DNA from: Hydrolagus colliei
Taxonomy: Eukaryota
DNA length: 64,000 nt
Reading direction: 5' to 3'
NCBI GenBank assembly: GCA_035084275.1
Contig: CM068747.1
Location: 24,242,001-24,306,000 of the forward strand
Shown: piece after piece, positions 24,963 to 37,495 of the stretch
How positions within the stretch are numbered: position 1 is the stretch's first letter
Layout of the letters: every line of letters begins with the position of its first letter
The notes under the pieces: generated by a model
Database searches by the model: none
Seen by the model: only the letters and a program-made list of their open reading frames with translations
Told to the model about the DNA's origin: nothing
Made by a program: the position numbers and the translations under genes

Positions 24963-25775
24963 AAGTAAGTTAGAAGAATGCAATTCAATCAGACCTTTCA
25001 GATAATATCATAAATCATGACTACAATGCCTTGCTGCTTTGTGAGAATACACCGACAATTAATTCATATCTTTAAACTCAGTGTTTGTCTAGTGTTTATG
25101 TAACTGCCTGCCACCCATTTAATATCTTTTGGTATACAAAGTATGGGTATAGTTTTCTTGCAGTGTATGATTGCTCTCCAGGGACGGTAGCTACTGGGCT
25201 GACACAGTGGTGACGTACAGCCCAGGATATATATCACTGCTGACTGGGAACATGTATCGCATCATATGACAGGAATGCAAGCTGTCTCCAGACAGCAGGC
25301 CAGAATGTTTCTGAATTTGCGGAATATGGCGAGCGATAACGGTGTAGCTGTTATCCATTGGCTCCTATTTCTTTTCCAGGGTTTCACCTCTCTCCCCGTG
25401 AACCTCCAGTTGCAAGGCGAGGAAGCGTAACCGCAGCTTCTGCCCCAGCTCCAAGGTTCCACAGTGAATTGTCCATTCAGAGGTTTGTTTCTGGCCAAAG
25501 ATGGATATAGGTGAACCAGACTCCTGTCAGTTTCTCTCCCCAAGAGGCGGGTCACAATCCCACCAGCAGCCAGATAAGAACTGATGGAACTCATCACACA
25601 CATTGTTAAAGCGTCAGCCTCTGTCAGGACTCAAGCCTCCTGTCACTGTGATGTTAGATGAGTGCCCTATTGCTTTATCACCACACCACTGAATAAATGA
25701 TTCTGGAATAGTCCCTGAAGTCTTTTCTTTATGCCTTTTCACTTTGGTCTGCTGTTTATTTTAGCTGCCTTAGCT

Positions 25776-26078
25776 ACTCCTGTAGCTCAGTGGTTAGAGC
25801 GTGCATCTCGCAAGCGAGAGACCTGGGTTTGATTCCCATCAAGGCGAAATCTTGGGCAAGTTTCCTTACTCCACACACCTAATAGTAATCCCTCAAGAAA
25901 AAAAATCCATCAATCCATCTTGTTTGCGGGACACTGCTGTGTGCAATTGGCTGCGCAATTGGCCGCCATGTTTCGCCCGCAAATATAGTCAATTCACTTT
26001 ACAGTATATTCTGTGAAATGCTTTGAGATGTCTAGAAGGCGTGAAAAGCGCTACATCAAATGCAAGGATTATTATATT
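25776..26078 (+). mobile_element. Full-length tRNA-derived SINE
   Basis: A-box tagctcagtgg (25783-25793), B-box ggtttgattcc (25826-25836), family body and tail catcaaatgcaaggattatt. Confidence 0.95.
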
Positions 26079-26452
26079 AAGAACAATACAAACATCATGT
26101 CTTTCACTGCAGGTACCGCATACATCAACACCACAGAACTAAGGGAGTAGTTTAAAGGGTTTTCATTTTGCTCATAGATAGATTAAACGTTACAATAGTG
26201 TGTGATGTGGGGGGAAGGGACAGAGAAAAGGGAAAGGAGGTGAAGACAAATGATACAAGCAGCAAACAGCTATTGACTGTTTTGTGCAAGGATGTTTACT
26301 TGCTGCATATTTAGACTGGTTTATTTGATAGTACCCTTGCTAGCAGGTTGTAGATTTAAGCATCCAAATTGGGACTTTTGAAACTCCAGTACAGTACTGA
26401 ACTGGGGAGGATACTTGTCAAAGATATCTCCTTCAGATAATAATAACATTAC

Positions 26453-26510
26453 TAATAATAATCCTGGCATTTGATATACTGCCTTATTACGTTTTCGAGA
26501 CGTCTCAAGG
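26453..26510 (-). mobile_element. SINE tail fragment
   Basis: taataataatcctggcatttgatat...cgagacgtctcaag. Confidence 0.82.
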
Positions 26511-26596
26511 CAAATAGTTGTGGACAGATAGCTTTGGTGATGTGATCAGCTTCTTGGAGGCTTGAGGATCCACAAGCACACATCGGTGGTCTTATA

Positions 26597-26662
26597 ACAA
26601 CAACCACATAAAAATTACATTTATAGAGCACCTTTCACGTTGGGAGGACGTCCCAAGGCGCT
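26597..26662 (-). mobile_element. L2 3' tail
   Basis: aaaattacatttatagagcacctttcacgttgggaggacgtcccaaggcgct. Confidence 0.88.
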
Positions 26663-27008
26663 ATAAATCCTTCACTGGCACAAACAAATTGACCTCTGAT
26701 CAACGTTAACCTAGATTTCTATTCTGTCTGCTTTGCTGCCTATATTGTTTACCTAATTGATCTATTCTTATCTGCCAGGTACACATTAAATAAATAGAAA
26801 ACAGATACAGCTAAACCAGAGTTTTAACAAAATGATACAATTATCAACTATCAGATGACAATTTGCAGACGTGTGCAATAGATCACACCACAGGGAACCC
26901 GCCAATGGTAGAAAGCATTCTCCGAATGCTTAACTGCTTCTCTGCATTCCTCCCAAAATGAATTAATCTGCCAGCCTTCCAGCACAGCAATCAGATGGTG
27001 CCCTGGCT

Positions 27009-27150
27009 AGAATCATAAGAATCATAGAGGAAGCCATTCAGACCATTGTTCCTGTGTCTGTACATTCAAAGAGCTATCCAACTAGCCCCATTCGCTCCAC
27101 TCTTACCACATAGCCCTGCAATTTTTTTCCTGTTCAAATACCTGTACCTT
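27009..27150 (-). mobile_element. CR1-type LINE 3' end
   Basis: Terminal repeat agaatcat(a)agaatcatag, then gccattcag...ccacatagccctgcaatttttttcc, the complement of a shark CR1 3' UTR. Confidence 0.75.
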
Positions 27151-27905
27151 GTTGCAAAGATGTTGATAATTTCACCACCATCAACAAAACAGTGTACCTG
27201 GGCATGTCATGTCCTTTCAACTGCAGTTTGTGTGCCTTGGTGAATCAAGAGACAATCAAGGGGATTGGGTATCCTTTCCAAGTATAATTTACTTTCAAGG
27301 TTAGGCCAGCACTGCTTGGGGCCTAAGGCTTGCTTGTTCACCCACTTCAACAGACCCCCCAAAAATATAGACCAAAAAGAATACAAGAGAGGAGAAAATC
27401 GATTGAATTAGAAACGGTCATGTGAGAAACTTAAGAAAACTCTGGTTTTAAAATAAATCATTGGATTTGCTTAATTGTTTTCAAAATTGAGCTCCAACTG
27501 AATAAAAAGTCGAGTGAAGAGCACTTATAAATGGCCATTGCAATTCCGACACCTAGTGTTGACTGGTCTTCCCAATGACTGCCTTCCAGGTCGCAGGAAA
27601 TGCTGCTGAACAGCAACTTACAATGAAGGGACATCAAGGAGTTGCTATGCATGCAATGAATGCACTTCATGCTGCAAGAGATGTCAGTAGTGACCTTATA
27701 ACCATGAATTGGTTTCGGCGCTAATGTCTTTAAAGGTTCATTTAAGAGGCACCATGTTCTAACAGGAATGTGCTATAAATGGCTGACTGAACACACGTTA
27801 CAATGTATAATCAATGAGAAATTCAGTGGATTGTTATATAGTCAAAGCCACCGTTTGATCCAGCCGGCAACAACCCATACATATCAACTGAAATACTAAT
27901 AAAAA

Positions 27906-28080
27906 ATAATAAGAATATTATTAATCCTTGCATTTGATATAGCGCCTCGTCACATTGTTGGGTTGTCCGAAAGCTCTCCACAGAATATACAGGAGAGTGA
28001 ATTAACTTTTGTAGGGAAAACGTGGCAGCCAATCGCGCAAGACAGTGTCCTACCATAGCCGTGCAGTAAATGACCAAATT
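27906..28080 (-). mobile_element. Diverged SINE 3' half
   Basis: atccttgcatttgatatagcgcc...gtgaattaac...ggcagccaatcgcgca...aatgaccaaatt. Confidence 0.88.
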
Positions 28081-29105
28081 AGTACCTTTTTTTAATGAAA
28101 TTATCCACTAACTTTGCACACTTTGCTGCATAAATTTAGCAACAAATCTATCAACGTCAGACATGTCCATACCTGTTCCTTTGCGCAAATCCTGAAAACA
28201 GACGCCTTAAACTTTGTATCGCCTGTGCCATCTCACGGTTGATGTGACTCATGTTAGCTGAATACAAAGCAATAGTGGGATGAGTGTGATCTGCTTTCTG
28301 CCTTCCCGGATGAACGAGGGCACGAGACAGAAAAAGAGAGAGAAAGATGGGGCTGAAAGAAAGGGAGAAAATGAGTCGAAGGGTGTAAATCAGCCAGAAT
28401 AATCTGATTATTTCAGCAGTGCAAGATAAAAGTACTCCTTCACCTGCTAAGAGGCTACTTTTACATATAAAGACAGTGCTGGAATCAGCTATAAATAGTG
28501 CTTAAAGCAGCTCTGTTGAACAGCTCGTTGAGAATTTCAGCAGTTCGAAGATGACACATGTGTTGTTCTTTTCCAGATCAAAGGTCTAAAACATCATGTC
28601 AAAAATAAGATACATTGTGCGGTCTCCCACTAATTTTTGCTGCTTCAGTACTCTTTGTAAATGAGAGCTGAAAAATGTCCCAAAGCATCATTTTTTCCCC
28701 CCAACAATGTCTGTCATGACAGCTGCATGATGTGTACTGAGTGCAGCAGATTGGAAGCTGAGAGTTTCATCAATAAATATCATTCTGACCCCCTGCATGT
28801 CCTCATGTCAACAGTCAGCCTACTCGCTCTTCATTTTTTTGTGGTTAGTTTTTCTCCTAGGTACTATTTTGTGGCGTTGCGGAAATTATCTTAAGGTTTG
28901 TATTTCGATAATATTTTCATACGCCGGAAAATATAAACAATGTCAAAACAACTGTGTAACACTTGTACGCTTGCTTACTCACTAATGTTCTTAGGACAAT
29001 CAGCATTTTTGACATAACCGATTCTTGTGGCAGGTCTTTGCTTTCGTACATCAAATGCATGGTTTTGTTTTAATTGAAGCCTGAAAGTGAGTGTAATTTG
29101 AAATT

Positions 29106-29560
29106 ATAGGTTACGCAGAATTACAGAGAACGTGACAGCACAGAGGAGGCCATTTGCTCCAACTATTCTATGCCTCTAATCACCTCTCCAATACCCCTCT
29201 ATTCCCTTCTCCTTCATGGATGTATTGAGGTTCCTCCCAAATGTGTCAATGCTTTTCGCTTTACCCACAGCTTTAGACAGTGAGTTCTACAGTGTGAATA
29301 GGTTTCTTCTGAACTCCTTTTTATCTTACATTTAATGCCGCTCATTTTGGCTTCATCAAGTGGAAACAGCCTATTAACCAGCTCTATTGATTCATTTCAT
29401 AATTTTAAACACTTCTATCAAGTCCCCTCTCTATTGTCTCATCTCCAGAGAGAAAACCTCTGACCTTGATCCAATCCTTCCTGACAGTTGGATCCACTCA
29501 TCCCTGGTAACATACTAGTAAATCTACACCACAGTCCCTCCAATACAATCACATTGCTAG
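29106..29560 (-). mobile_element. Old CR1 LINE 3' portion
   Basis: acagcacagaggaggccattt tail. ataattttaaacacttctatcaagtcccctct encodes RGDLIEVFKIM on the minus strand; ccctggtaacatactagtaaatct encodes RFTSMLPG. Confidence 0.85.
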
Positions 29561-30162
29561 TATCTCATGTGTAATGGGTTTCCAAGTGATCGTAGATCAC
29601 TCTGACCTTACTCAAATCAAAATAAATCCGGCTAAATAGCATTGTGGGGAACGAGTGCCTATTATGTACAGTTATTGGAGTCATAAAAAGTACATCTATG
29701 TAGACAAAGATTCCTCCTTTTAAACAACTTGGCGACGTTTTGTTTTCTATTTTGTTTTCATTCCACACTCTGGTTTTCTGAAGCATGTTTCAAAATTGGC
29801 AATTTCTACAGAGAGTGCCCGAAAATTACTTCCAAAGTTGCAGTTTGACAAAGTCTGTGTCACAAAAGCTACAAACACAATATGTTTCTTCAGAATTGAA
29901 ATTCCTTTTGAATTTAAACACAGTGTGCAAGTCTAGCATGTGCTCGCCTAAAACAGCTGATACAGGAATACACTTTACTTTTCAGACTGTACAAAATGTC
30001 AGGAGGGCTCTCTTTAATTAATATTGTCCTCGAAGTCTTCTGCAATCCAAGGTGAACCTCCTGGTATTTAAATATCTAAAAAGTAATAAGTCATTATGAA
30101 GAAAAATTGCCTAACCTGCTGAAGGTGCAGTGTCGAATTCAAAAATATTTCACCCAGAAACT

Positions 30163-30223
30163 ACAACAATAACCACAAAATTACACTTATGGAGCGCCTT
30201 TCACGTCGGGAGGACGTCCCAAG
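30163..30223 (-). mobile_element. L2 3' tail
   Basis: caaaattacacttatggagcgcctttcacgtcgggaggacgtcccaag. Confidence 0.88.
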
Positions 30224-32270
30224 ATTGAACAGTATTGAATGCACAAAGATATTCCTCCTACACATGTTACTGTGTTTTTTTTAATGCCATTTTCTTTAAG
30301 AGAACCTCAAACTTATTTCCATTTCAGCTGAGATAACAACTCTTGCTTTGAGATATTGTTTGAGATTGTACTATATAGAGCTGGATATAATCTTATCTCT
30401 GAACATGACACAACTAGAATTTTTTTGCAAACACTTTTAAGTGGAATTGCAAGGATTTGGCAACTTTTTTTATATAACAGCTCAGGGACACATTCAAATA
30501 TAGCTACTTACTCGAGTAATTAACACTTTCTTCCGCAAAACAAGAACACCCTAGATCATGAAAAATACTCCAACAAGCAAACATGGTCCACTCTTGAACA
30601 AAGAATCCATATGAAACATTCCCATATCTTACACGATGCTTCATATCACAATTTTGTACAGTATGACCCCGAAAAATATATGTTGTCATTCTCAATTGAT
30701 TTTTGAGATACAAGTGTTAAGTTTTATACCAGCGATGAATACGAACAAATTTTAATATTCATTTAAATACTACAGTCCATAATGCAAAGCAGAAATATTC
30801 TTTTTAATTGTTCTTTTACATAATTCCACCTCACCAACCGTGACTATTAACAAAATCCTTTGTGTGTGCACGTTGCACGATTGTGATGCTTTACAGAGCT
30901 TCAGTAAGGTTGAGAAAATAGTGATGCATTTTGATATAATGTTATTGTGCGATCCATTATGTAATATATGGGGTGATTTGTCATTTAAGATTGCTTCAGT
31001 GTGTTGCATTTTGTTTCATCCTGAAACAATCCTCTTTATCACAAATTCCAAAGCCACCGAGAGACAATTGATCTAAGGTTAGGAAGTCTCCCCTTACTTA
31101 CGTTGGCCCTTCCAACATGCAATATCTATGATTGCGATGGTCTTATTTTATACTGGGTGCACATAGAATTTCCCAGGACAGTACAAGGTAAGTTTATCAA
31201 ACCACAGGTCTGTGTTTTGTCCTCCAATGCGTGAGTGCTTATGCTTTTGAAATGGGCAATAGGAAAATGGATCAGAGCAAAATGAAAGAGAGTGAGAAAC
31301 AGATAGCTCACCCACTGAGGGTGGAGTGGATCAGGCAGGGTCAATGAGGTGGTGGGTTGCAGAGGTAAGGTGAGGAGAGGCTGTGAAGGAATTTTAAGGT
31401 TAGGGTGATTGAGGATCCTGTGATTAGCAAACATCTCCAAGCAATGCTTCATACACCACTGCCTTGAGATGGTTAGATTAGAGATGTTGCCATGAAACAA
31501 ACAGACTTTTTCCCATTTTAAAATGTATGATTTTTATCCTCTTAATACTGCATTTGACAAGTGTGTGTAAACACGTATTGTGTTTTATAATAAATGACAG
31601 ATGAGTATGAATTGCTGAGATGTGACAGCTCGAGGGGCTTTGGGCTCTGAGGATATTTGAGTGCACAGCGATGATGTCCATCACAACAGCTCATTGGTAA
31701 ATCTGAAACCTTTCAATGAGGTAACAGGGTTTCCCATGAAAAAACTGCAGGAACAGTTCCTGCAAGCTAGAGCACCCATTGCTTTGTACCCAGTTCCCAC
31801 ACCAACAATAAGGCTGCTTCTCGATGTACCACTAACTGAGCCTGTTTGCAACATTCACCAAAGAAATAGCAATAGTTATTTGAAAAATGCTAATCAGTCA
31901 GTGTGTATTTTATTGCATTGCTCATGTATTACATTCAGGTAAAACGAAGATGGGCCATTTCACAAGTGCTCCAATAGATTGGAGTGGACTTAATTTGAGC
32001 CTTTTCCATTAGCACACAAAAACACACACACACACACACAGCAGACAACTTAGTGAATGTTAATCGCCATTCAGGATGTTAATGGATGCTCATTTCACAA
32101 TTGATCAAAACAATATCAATTATAAATGTGGAAAGACTATTCCAAATAATTCATATTCATTTCTTGAGATTGCTAAACATTGGAAGTTTACGTCACTACA
32201 ATTTCAATATACATCTTAAAGGGCATGTTTGCACCTCCTTGCTTTTTTTGTGCCTAAATAATTTGCTTAG

Positions 32271-32816
32271 TGTGGGCCAAGGCTATGATTCTCCCAGGAA
32301 TTCAGATTTGCTTGCACGAGTGCAAATACTCGAAGATATCTGTGCCAAAGTGTCTCAAACTGTTTTATGCTTGGAAAACCTACTTGAAAATCAGTCACAT
32401 ATGTTGCAGCGGTCAAATGATCTTGCAAATGCTGTAGTTTGTAGGAAGCAGAGAAAAGGAGAACAGAGAGAAGGAAAGAAACCTACAGAAAAACAAAGGC
32501 CATGGTTTTTATATCTGTGTATCGCTTTGAAAAGGCATCAGCCAATGGAGATAACATTAAAAACAAATTAGCCACTGCATTGCTTTCAGAGCAACGAGAA
32601 GCTAGGGCAACATTTTGCCTAAAGTTCATTCATCAAAAGACTACATATTTTGAAAAGGGTAAAAGTACCATGAAACCCATCAGGGATGAACAAAGACGAT
32701 GCACTATAGATTACTTTAATCCCCTGCCAGATATAAAAGGGATAATTACATATTTGTGGTTGAAGCTGTGTGGCGGAAAAATCAATACAACTTTTTTTGG
32801 TATGACACTTCATTAG
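32271..32816 (+). pseudogene. Frameshifted coiled-coil + BEN-domain-like coding relic
   Basis: Frame 1 gives a heptad-like helix, DLLARVQILEDICAKVSQTVLCLENLLENQ. The overlapping -1 frame gives ...NKLATALLSEQREARATFCLKFIHQ...GKSTMKPIRDEQRRCTIDYF..LPD....LWLKLCGGKIN, matching the BEN pattern by eye. Needs HMM confirmation. Confidence 0.5.
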
Positions 32817-33384
32817 TGTGAAAAATTTTAAAAGCTGAGAAGAACAGCAATGCAATTAAATGGTTCCATTGCTGTGCTCCCACGTATTCAATATCAGTTG
32901 TATATTAGTATCTGGTTTACTCAAAAGAGTGACTGCATAACAATATGAAAGCATTGATTGTACACAGTACTTATGTGTGTTATTTCTTACAGATCATTAT
33001 CAAGAGACTTAATAGCCAGTTCCTCACTGATGAACTACTAATTTTAATCTGTATGTTACACATTAGTCAAATGTAAGCAATCAAAGCAGCACTACTTATT
33101 AGTGCAGTGATAAAATCGTGGCCGCATATTTTGAATGCGTTTGACAGAATTTCTATGACAAAGGGATCTAACTGTTAATTTGGCCGTGCTGGTTTTGTTG
33201 CCTGAGGATAGAGAAACTCGCTGCTGCTTAGGGGATTTTAGTAAGTTTTTTTAAAAAGAAAAACACAATAATAACAATTGGAAGACGAACTTCGAACTAT
33301 CATTAAAATGTGGAGTCTGACAATCATGATCACCATTTCAGAGTTGCCCAGTTTGTTTCAAACTGTTTTTCTTTCGAATCAAAA

Positions 33385-33610
33385 GGTATTTTTTCACCCA
33401 AAGGTTAATGGAAATCTGTAAATTTCTCTCCCCCAAAAGGCTTTGAATGCTGGATCTATTCAAATTTTCAAGACTAAGGTGGATAGATATTTGTTGCGTA
33501 AAGCTATCAAGTGATATGGAATAAACAGATAATTGGAATAGAGGTATAGATCAGCCATGATCTGATAGAATGGCGGGACAGGTTCCTGGGGCTGAATGGC
33601 CTACCTATAT
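33385..33610 (+). mobile_element. CR1 LINE 3' end
   Basis: FFTQR.../FKTKVDRYL ORF2 end and 3' UTR agatcagccatgatctgatagaatggcggg...ggctgaatggcctac. Confidence 0.9.
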
Positions 33611-35174
33611 ATTATACCGACAAAACTTTTTGTGTTGATCGTTTACCAGATTTTGTCATGATATCCAATTTACAGGAAGTGCATCATGTCTTGATAATAC
33701 AGATTTATTTAAAAATGTTACAACGGAAAAAATCCCTCTACATTTTATTTTCCTGTACCCACATTGAGCACAAGATTCGCTGGACTGTCTAGCCGTTTAC
33801 CTGTTTGGTGTAACTTGCCATTGTTCTTACACATCAGCATTTTCCTAGAATATAGTTTATTGTGTAGCCCTCCTTTTTTCACAGCCAAAGTACAGATACA
33901 TGTATAATCGCAAAATGAGCTATGATTAATGTGTATATTAGAGCTGGGAGAAGGGTCATAAACAAATGTTAATCCATCATTCACTGTAAGATACTATGGT
34001 TATTTGATATCAAGGTGATAGCTAAAGGGAGGAGGGGGAAGATTACGATTTGTCTTTGCACTTCTGAGTTTGGGAGGGGAAAGGCAATATTCTGATTGTT
34101 ATCAAGTAAAGCAGAAAAATCTGTATAGGTAAATGTGGAGAATATGATCAAGTTGGCGATAATGCCTCCATATCCTGCCAACATTCACTCTTGAGGCGCC
34201 CAAGTTGTAAAGTCCCGTGGAGCTTCCTGAGTCCATGGAACAACATACTGACAGGAGCAGAAAGAGAGAAGATTGGCCAAAACAATAGTTAGAAACAATA
34301 CCCCACTTGTGCATTTGAAACATAACGGCAGATAAACTAACCACAAGCCATATTCAGTCCAATTATTAACATTCAGTGCACTGACTTCATGCACCAAAGT
34401 CTGTGTTTGATATATATGTAATATTTTATACAGGGAGCACTGAAATTTTATAGCTGTATTTTATTGTGAAATAAATACAATTGTATTTCTAACGAAATAC
34501 AATTTCGCAACAAGCATGTGTCTGAAATATTGAAATCATTATCAAAAGTCGGTTTGAATAAAGTTTACGACGCACTTGACATATGGCATAAACAGCAATT
34601 TACTATACAATGACATTTAGGGATTGAATGTGCACTTGCGTTAAAGCTGACACTGCAGTAAAGCCTTGAAGATAGACACAAAAATGTCTGTTTCCCTGCT
34701 GTGTTTCACCTTTGCTGTTTGGCAATTGAGAGGTTGGCCTGACTCACTTTAAAGTGCACCACAGCCCTAATGAGAAACATGGATAAACTGAGACTATATT
34801 TTTAGTTAGAAGCGCTTTGGCTGGAAAGCTTCTGTTGCAGGCATTAAGTGGACTAAAGATAACAATTAATGTTCTATGTTTTCAGCTTTTATTGGTTTTC
34901 TCACATTTTTAAAGTAATTCACGATCAGTTTTTAATGACTTTACTGAAAATGGACTTGCTCCCTATCTTGCGCAGTTCCCCAAGTACTCATGATTTTTTT
35001 TGTGTGTCTAATGCTTTCTCAGTGTGTCTTTCTTTTAGTCTGTGGAGTCCACAGTATTTTGCCTCCGCTCTTATTGCCTGCACTGAATAATTATAGAAAT
35101 ATCAGGACAGAAATAGGCTATTTAGCTCATCATATCAGTCCCCAAATACGATTCCCGTTGGAAATATCTGATCT

Positions 35175-35385
35175 CCCTATTTTTGTCTTTGACTGCGCCT
35201 TTGGCTCCCCTGCTAACTCTTCCCCCTCCCCTACTCTCCTTCCCCTTCCCCCTCCCCTACTCTCCTTCCCCTTCCCCCTACCCTGACCCCCCCTCGTCTG
35301 CTCGGGTCGCGAACAACATGTTCAGCGCCTTGGGACGTTCTCCTGACGTGAGAGGCGCTGTACAAGTGTAATTTGTTGTTGTTGT
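35175..35385 (+). mobile_element. L2 3' end with pyrimidine-rich UTR
   Basis: cagcgccttgggacgttctcctgacgtgagaggcgctgtacaagtgtaat(ttg)n. Confidence 0.9.
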
Positions 35386-35512
35386 CTTGGTCCCTTACTA
35401 AATAAGGAACAACATGCAATTTCACAAGTATAGAAACAAGGCTTGCAGCACAAGAAGATATTATGGATCCAGAAGCCACTATTGTTTTTTTAATTTAGTT
35501 AATTTAGTTCAC

Positions 35513-36070
35513 ACAAGAACAACAACAAACTGCACTTATATAGTACACCAGGAGGATGTCTCAAGGCGCTGGACAGTCAAGGGTTTGCATCTGAGCTGGG
35601 AGTTATAATAATAATAATACTAATAATAATCCTTGCATTTAGTATAGTGCTTTTCATGTCTTCTAGAGTCTGAAAGAGCTTCACAGAATGTACTGTAAAG
35701 TGAATTGTGTTGCAGTCAAGAGGGTTGAAGAGCAACTAGGGGTGAGGATGGGAGGATGACTGAAAGAGGAAGGTCTTCAAGGAGGCAAGGGAGGGCCTGA
35801 GGCAAAGGGATTCCAGGACAGAGTTCACCAAGGGTAGAGGCAAAAAGGGGTCGTGGAGCAAGCAGGTCGTGGACACGGAAACCAGATTGGAGGGGCTCAT
35901 AAAGGGAATGGCGGGAGAGGAAAGAGTGAAGTTGGGAAGCAACAACTCATTCCAGATCCTTGGAAAGAAAAGCAAGGTTGGAGATAGGAAGGTAGTTAGA
36001 GAACAGCTATGGGTCAAAGATAGGTTTTTTGAGGATGAGGGGTAATGATGGCTGTTTTAAAACGGGTGGG
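35513..36070 (-). mobile_element. Internally deleted L2 LINE (RT fragment joined to ORF2 end and tail), interrupted by a SINE
   Basis: Minus strand: PTRFKTAIITP/ILKKPIFDP*LFSNYLPISNLAFLSKDLE*VVASQLHSFLSRHSLYEPLQSGFR (L2 RT), then NSVLESLCLRPSLASLKTFLF (C-terminus). The tail lies at 35513-35601. Confidence 0.85.
35605..35708 (-). mobile_element. SINE 3' fragment nested in L2
   Basis: (aat)n ccttgcattt...cacagaatgtactgtaaagtgaattg. Confidence 0.9.
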
Positions 36071-36635
36071 ATTACATTATTTTGGCACTGAGGAGTGTCA
36101 CACTACATTCATGTGCCGTTTTGTCGAAGATTTAAAGCAGTAATCAATATGCCAAAACCTAATCTACCAAACCAGAAATGCACTCTGCAAACTGTGCAGA
36201 AATTTTAAACTGAGCATGTTTTGAAGACAGCCTTCGATTTCCCCTTCCACTCTTCAATTAGCATTCCAGAAAAGTCTGGTTTATTTAACAGTTGACCAGC
36301 ATAATTGTGGCAATGTTAAGGATTAATTTGAGAATCTCTTTGCCACAAGGCATGTGTCTTCCTACTGAGCAGCATCCCCTGAGGTTTCTAAAGCAGCTCC
36401 AACTATAAACTAACGCAGGATCCACAATAAAATGAAATCAATTCCACCTCATATTTTTGTGCGCTAAAAAGCAGTAATGTCTGGCTATGTTTGAAATAAG
36501 CATGGTCAGATATTATACTAGCATCACAGTGAGGTGCAATTCTGTTTCATGCATTTAGACTTAAGAATAATATATAAAGCGTATTGTTCAAGAAATCTTA
36601 AGAAGAATGCTGAAATGTGTTTTTTCTCTCTCCCA

Positions 36636-36943
36636 TAATAATAATAATAATCCTTGCACTTGATATAGGGCTTTTCACGTCTTCGAGGCAGAATATACTG
36701 TAAAGTGAATTGACTGTAAATTTGTGAGTGAAACAAGGCAGCCAATTGTGCACCCTACAAACAGTCATGGATTGAAATGAAATTACATAGAATTTTTTCT
36801 AATTGTGTTATTTTTGGGAGGAATTATTATTAGGTGTGTGGTAAGGAAATTTCCGCAAGGTTTTTGCCCTGACCTGCCTGGATTCGAACACAGGTCTCAC
36901 ACTTGTAAGGCGAATGCTCTAATCACTGAGCTACAGGACTCCC
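36636..36943 (-). mobile_element. Full-length SINE with small internal deletions
   Basis: Head gtcctgtagctcagtgattagagcattcgccttacaagtgtgagacctgtgttcgaatcc; (att)n tail. Confidence 0.95.
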
Positions 36944-37197
36944 CTTCTGAAACATGCCTGAAACATGCAGAAAGACATCATCGTGTTTGAGTATCCCAAC
37001 CAGATAGAGTTCCACATTTAAAACTATGCTCACCTAATTCGAGAGAGTATTAGGTGCAGGTTGGCAAGAGGCAAGAATTGGTGGCTCCATATTAAGTGTT
37101 GATGTACTATTGGCGTTCAACCAGCAAAATTGACTTAAATGAGTATGATCAGATTTCATCCTTTTTTTTATATCAATGCAGTACATTTGAAAAATGT

Positions 37198-37495
37198 TAT
37201 AATAATAATCCTTGCATTTGATATAGTTCTTCTCATGTCTTCTAGACGTCTCAAAGCATTTCACAGAATATACTGTAAAGTGAATTGACTTCATATTTGC
37301 GGGTGAAACACGGCAGCCAATTGCGCACAGCAGTGTCCCACAAACAGTCGTGGATTGAAATGAACAATTTTGTTATTGTGTTTTTTTGAGGGATTATTAT
37401 TGGACATGTGGAGAAAGGAAACTTGCCTAAGATGTCGCCCTGCCTGGAATCGAATCCAGATAGCAGGCTTGCAAGGCGAGTGTTCTAACCACTAT
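37198..37495 (-). mobile_element. Near full-length SINE
   Basis: Head agtggttagaacactcgccttgcaag...ggattcgattcc; complete body and tail. Confidence 0.95.

Noticed and set aside
25776-25845. tRNA gene calls at SINE heads (also 44868, 36943, 42689, 51572, 57407)
   Set aside because: A and B boxes are present, but there is no intact acceptor stem and each head runs into the SINE body.
29590-31080. Cys-rich short frames that might be a decayed transposase upstream of the BEN-like relic
   Set aside because: No DDE, zinc-finger or other family motif could be assigned by eye; needs a translated HMM search.
32495-32515. Programmed -1 frameshift at GGTTTTTA joining the two BEN-like ORFs
   Set aside because: The heptamer is not a canonical X_XXY_YYZ in the upstream frame and I see no downstream structure. 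An indel is the simpler explanation.
34130-34280. Strong minus-strand acceptor ttctctctttctgctcctgtcag
   Set aside because: No recognisable peptide and no convincing partner exons; isolated splice signals are common.
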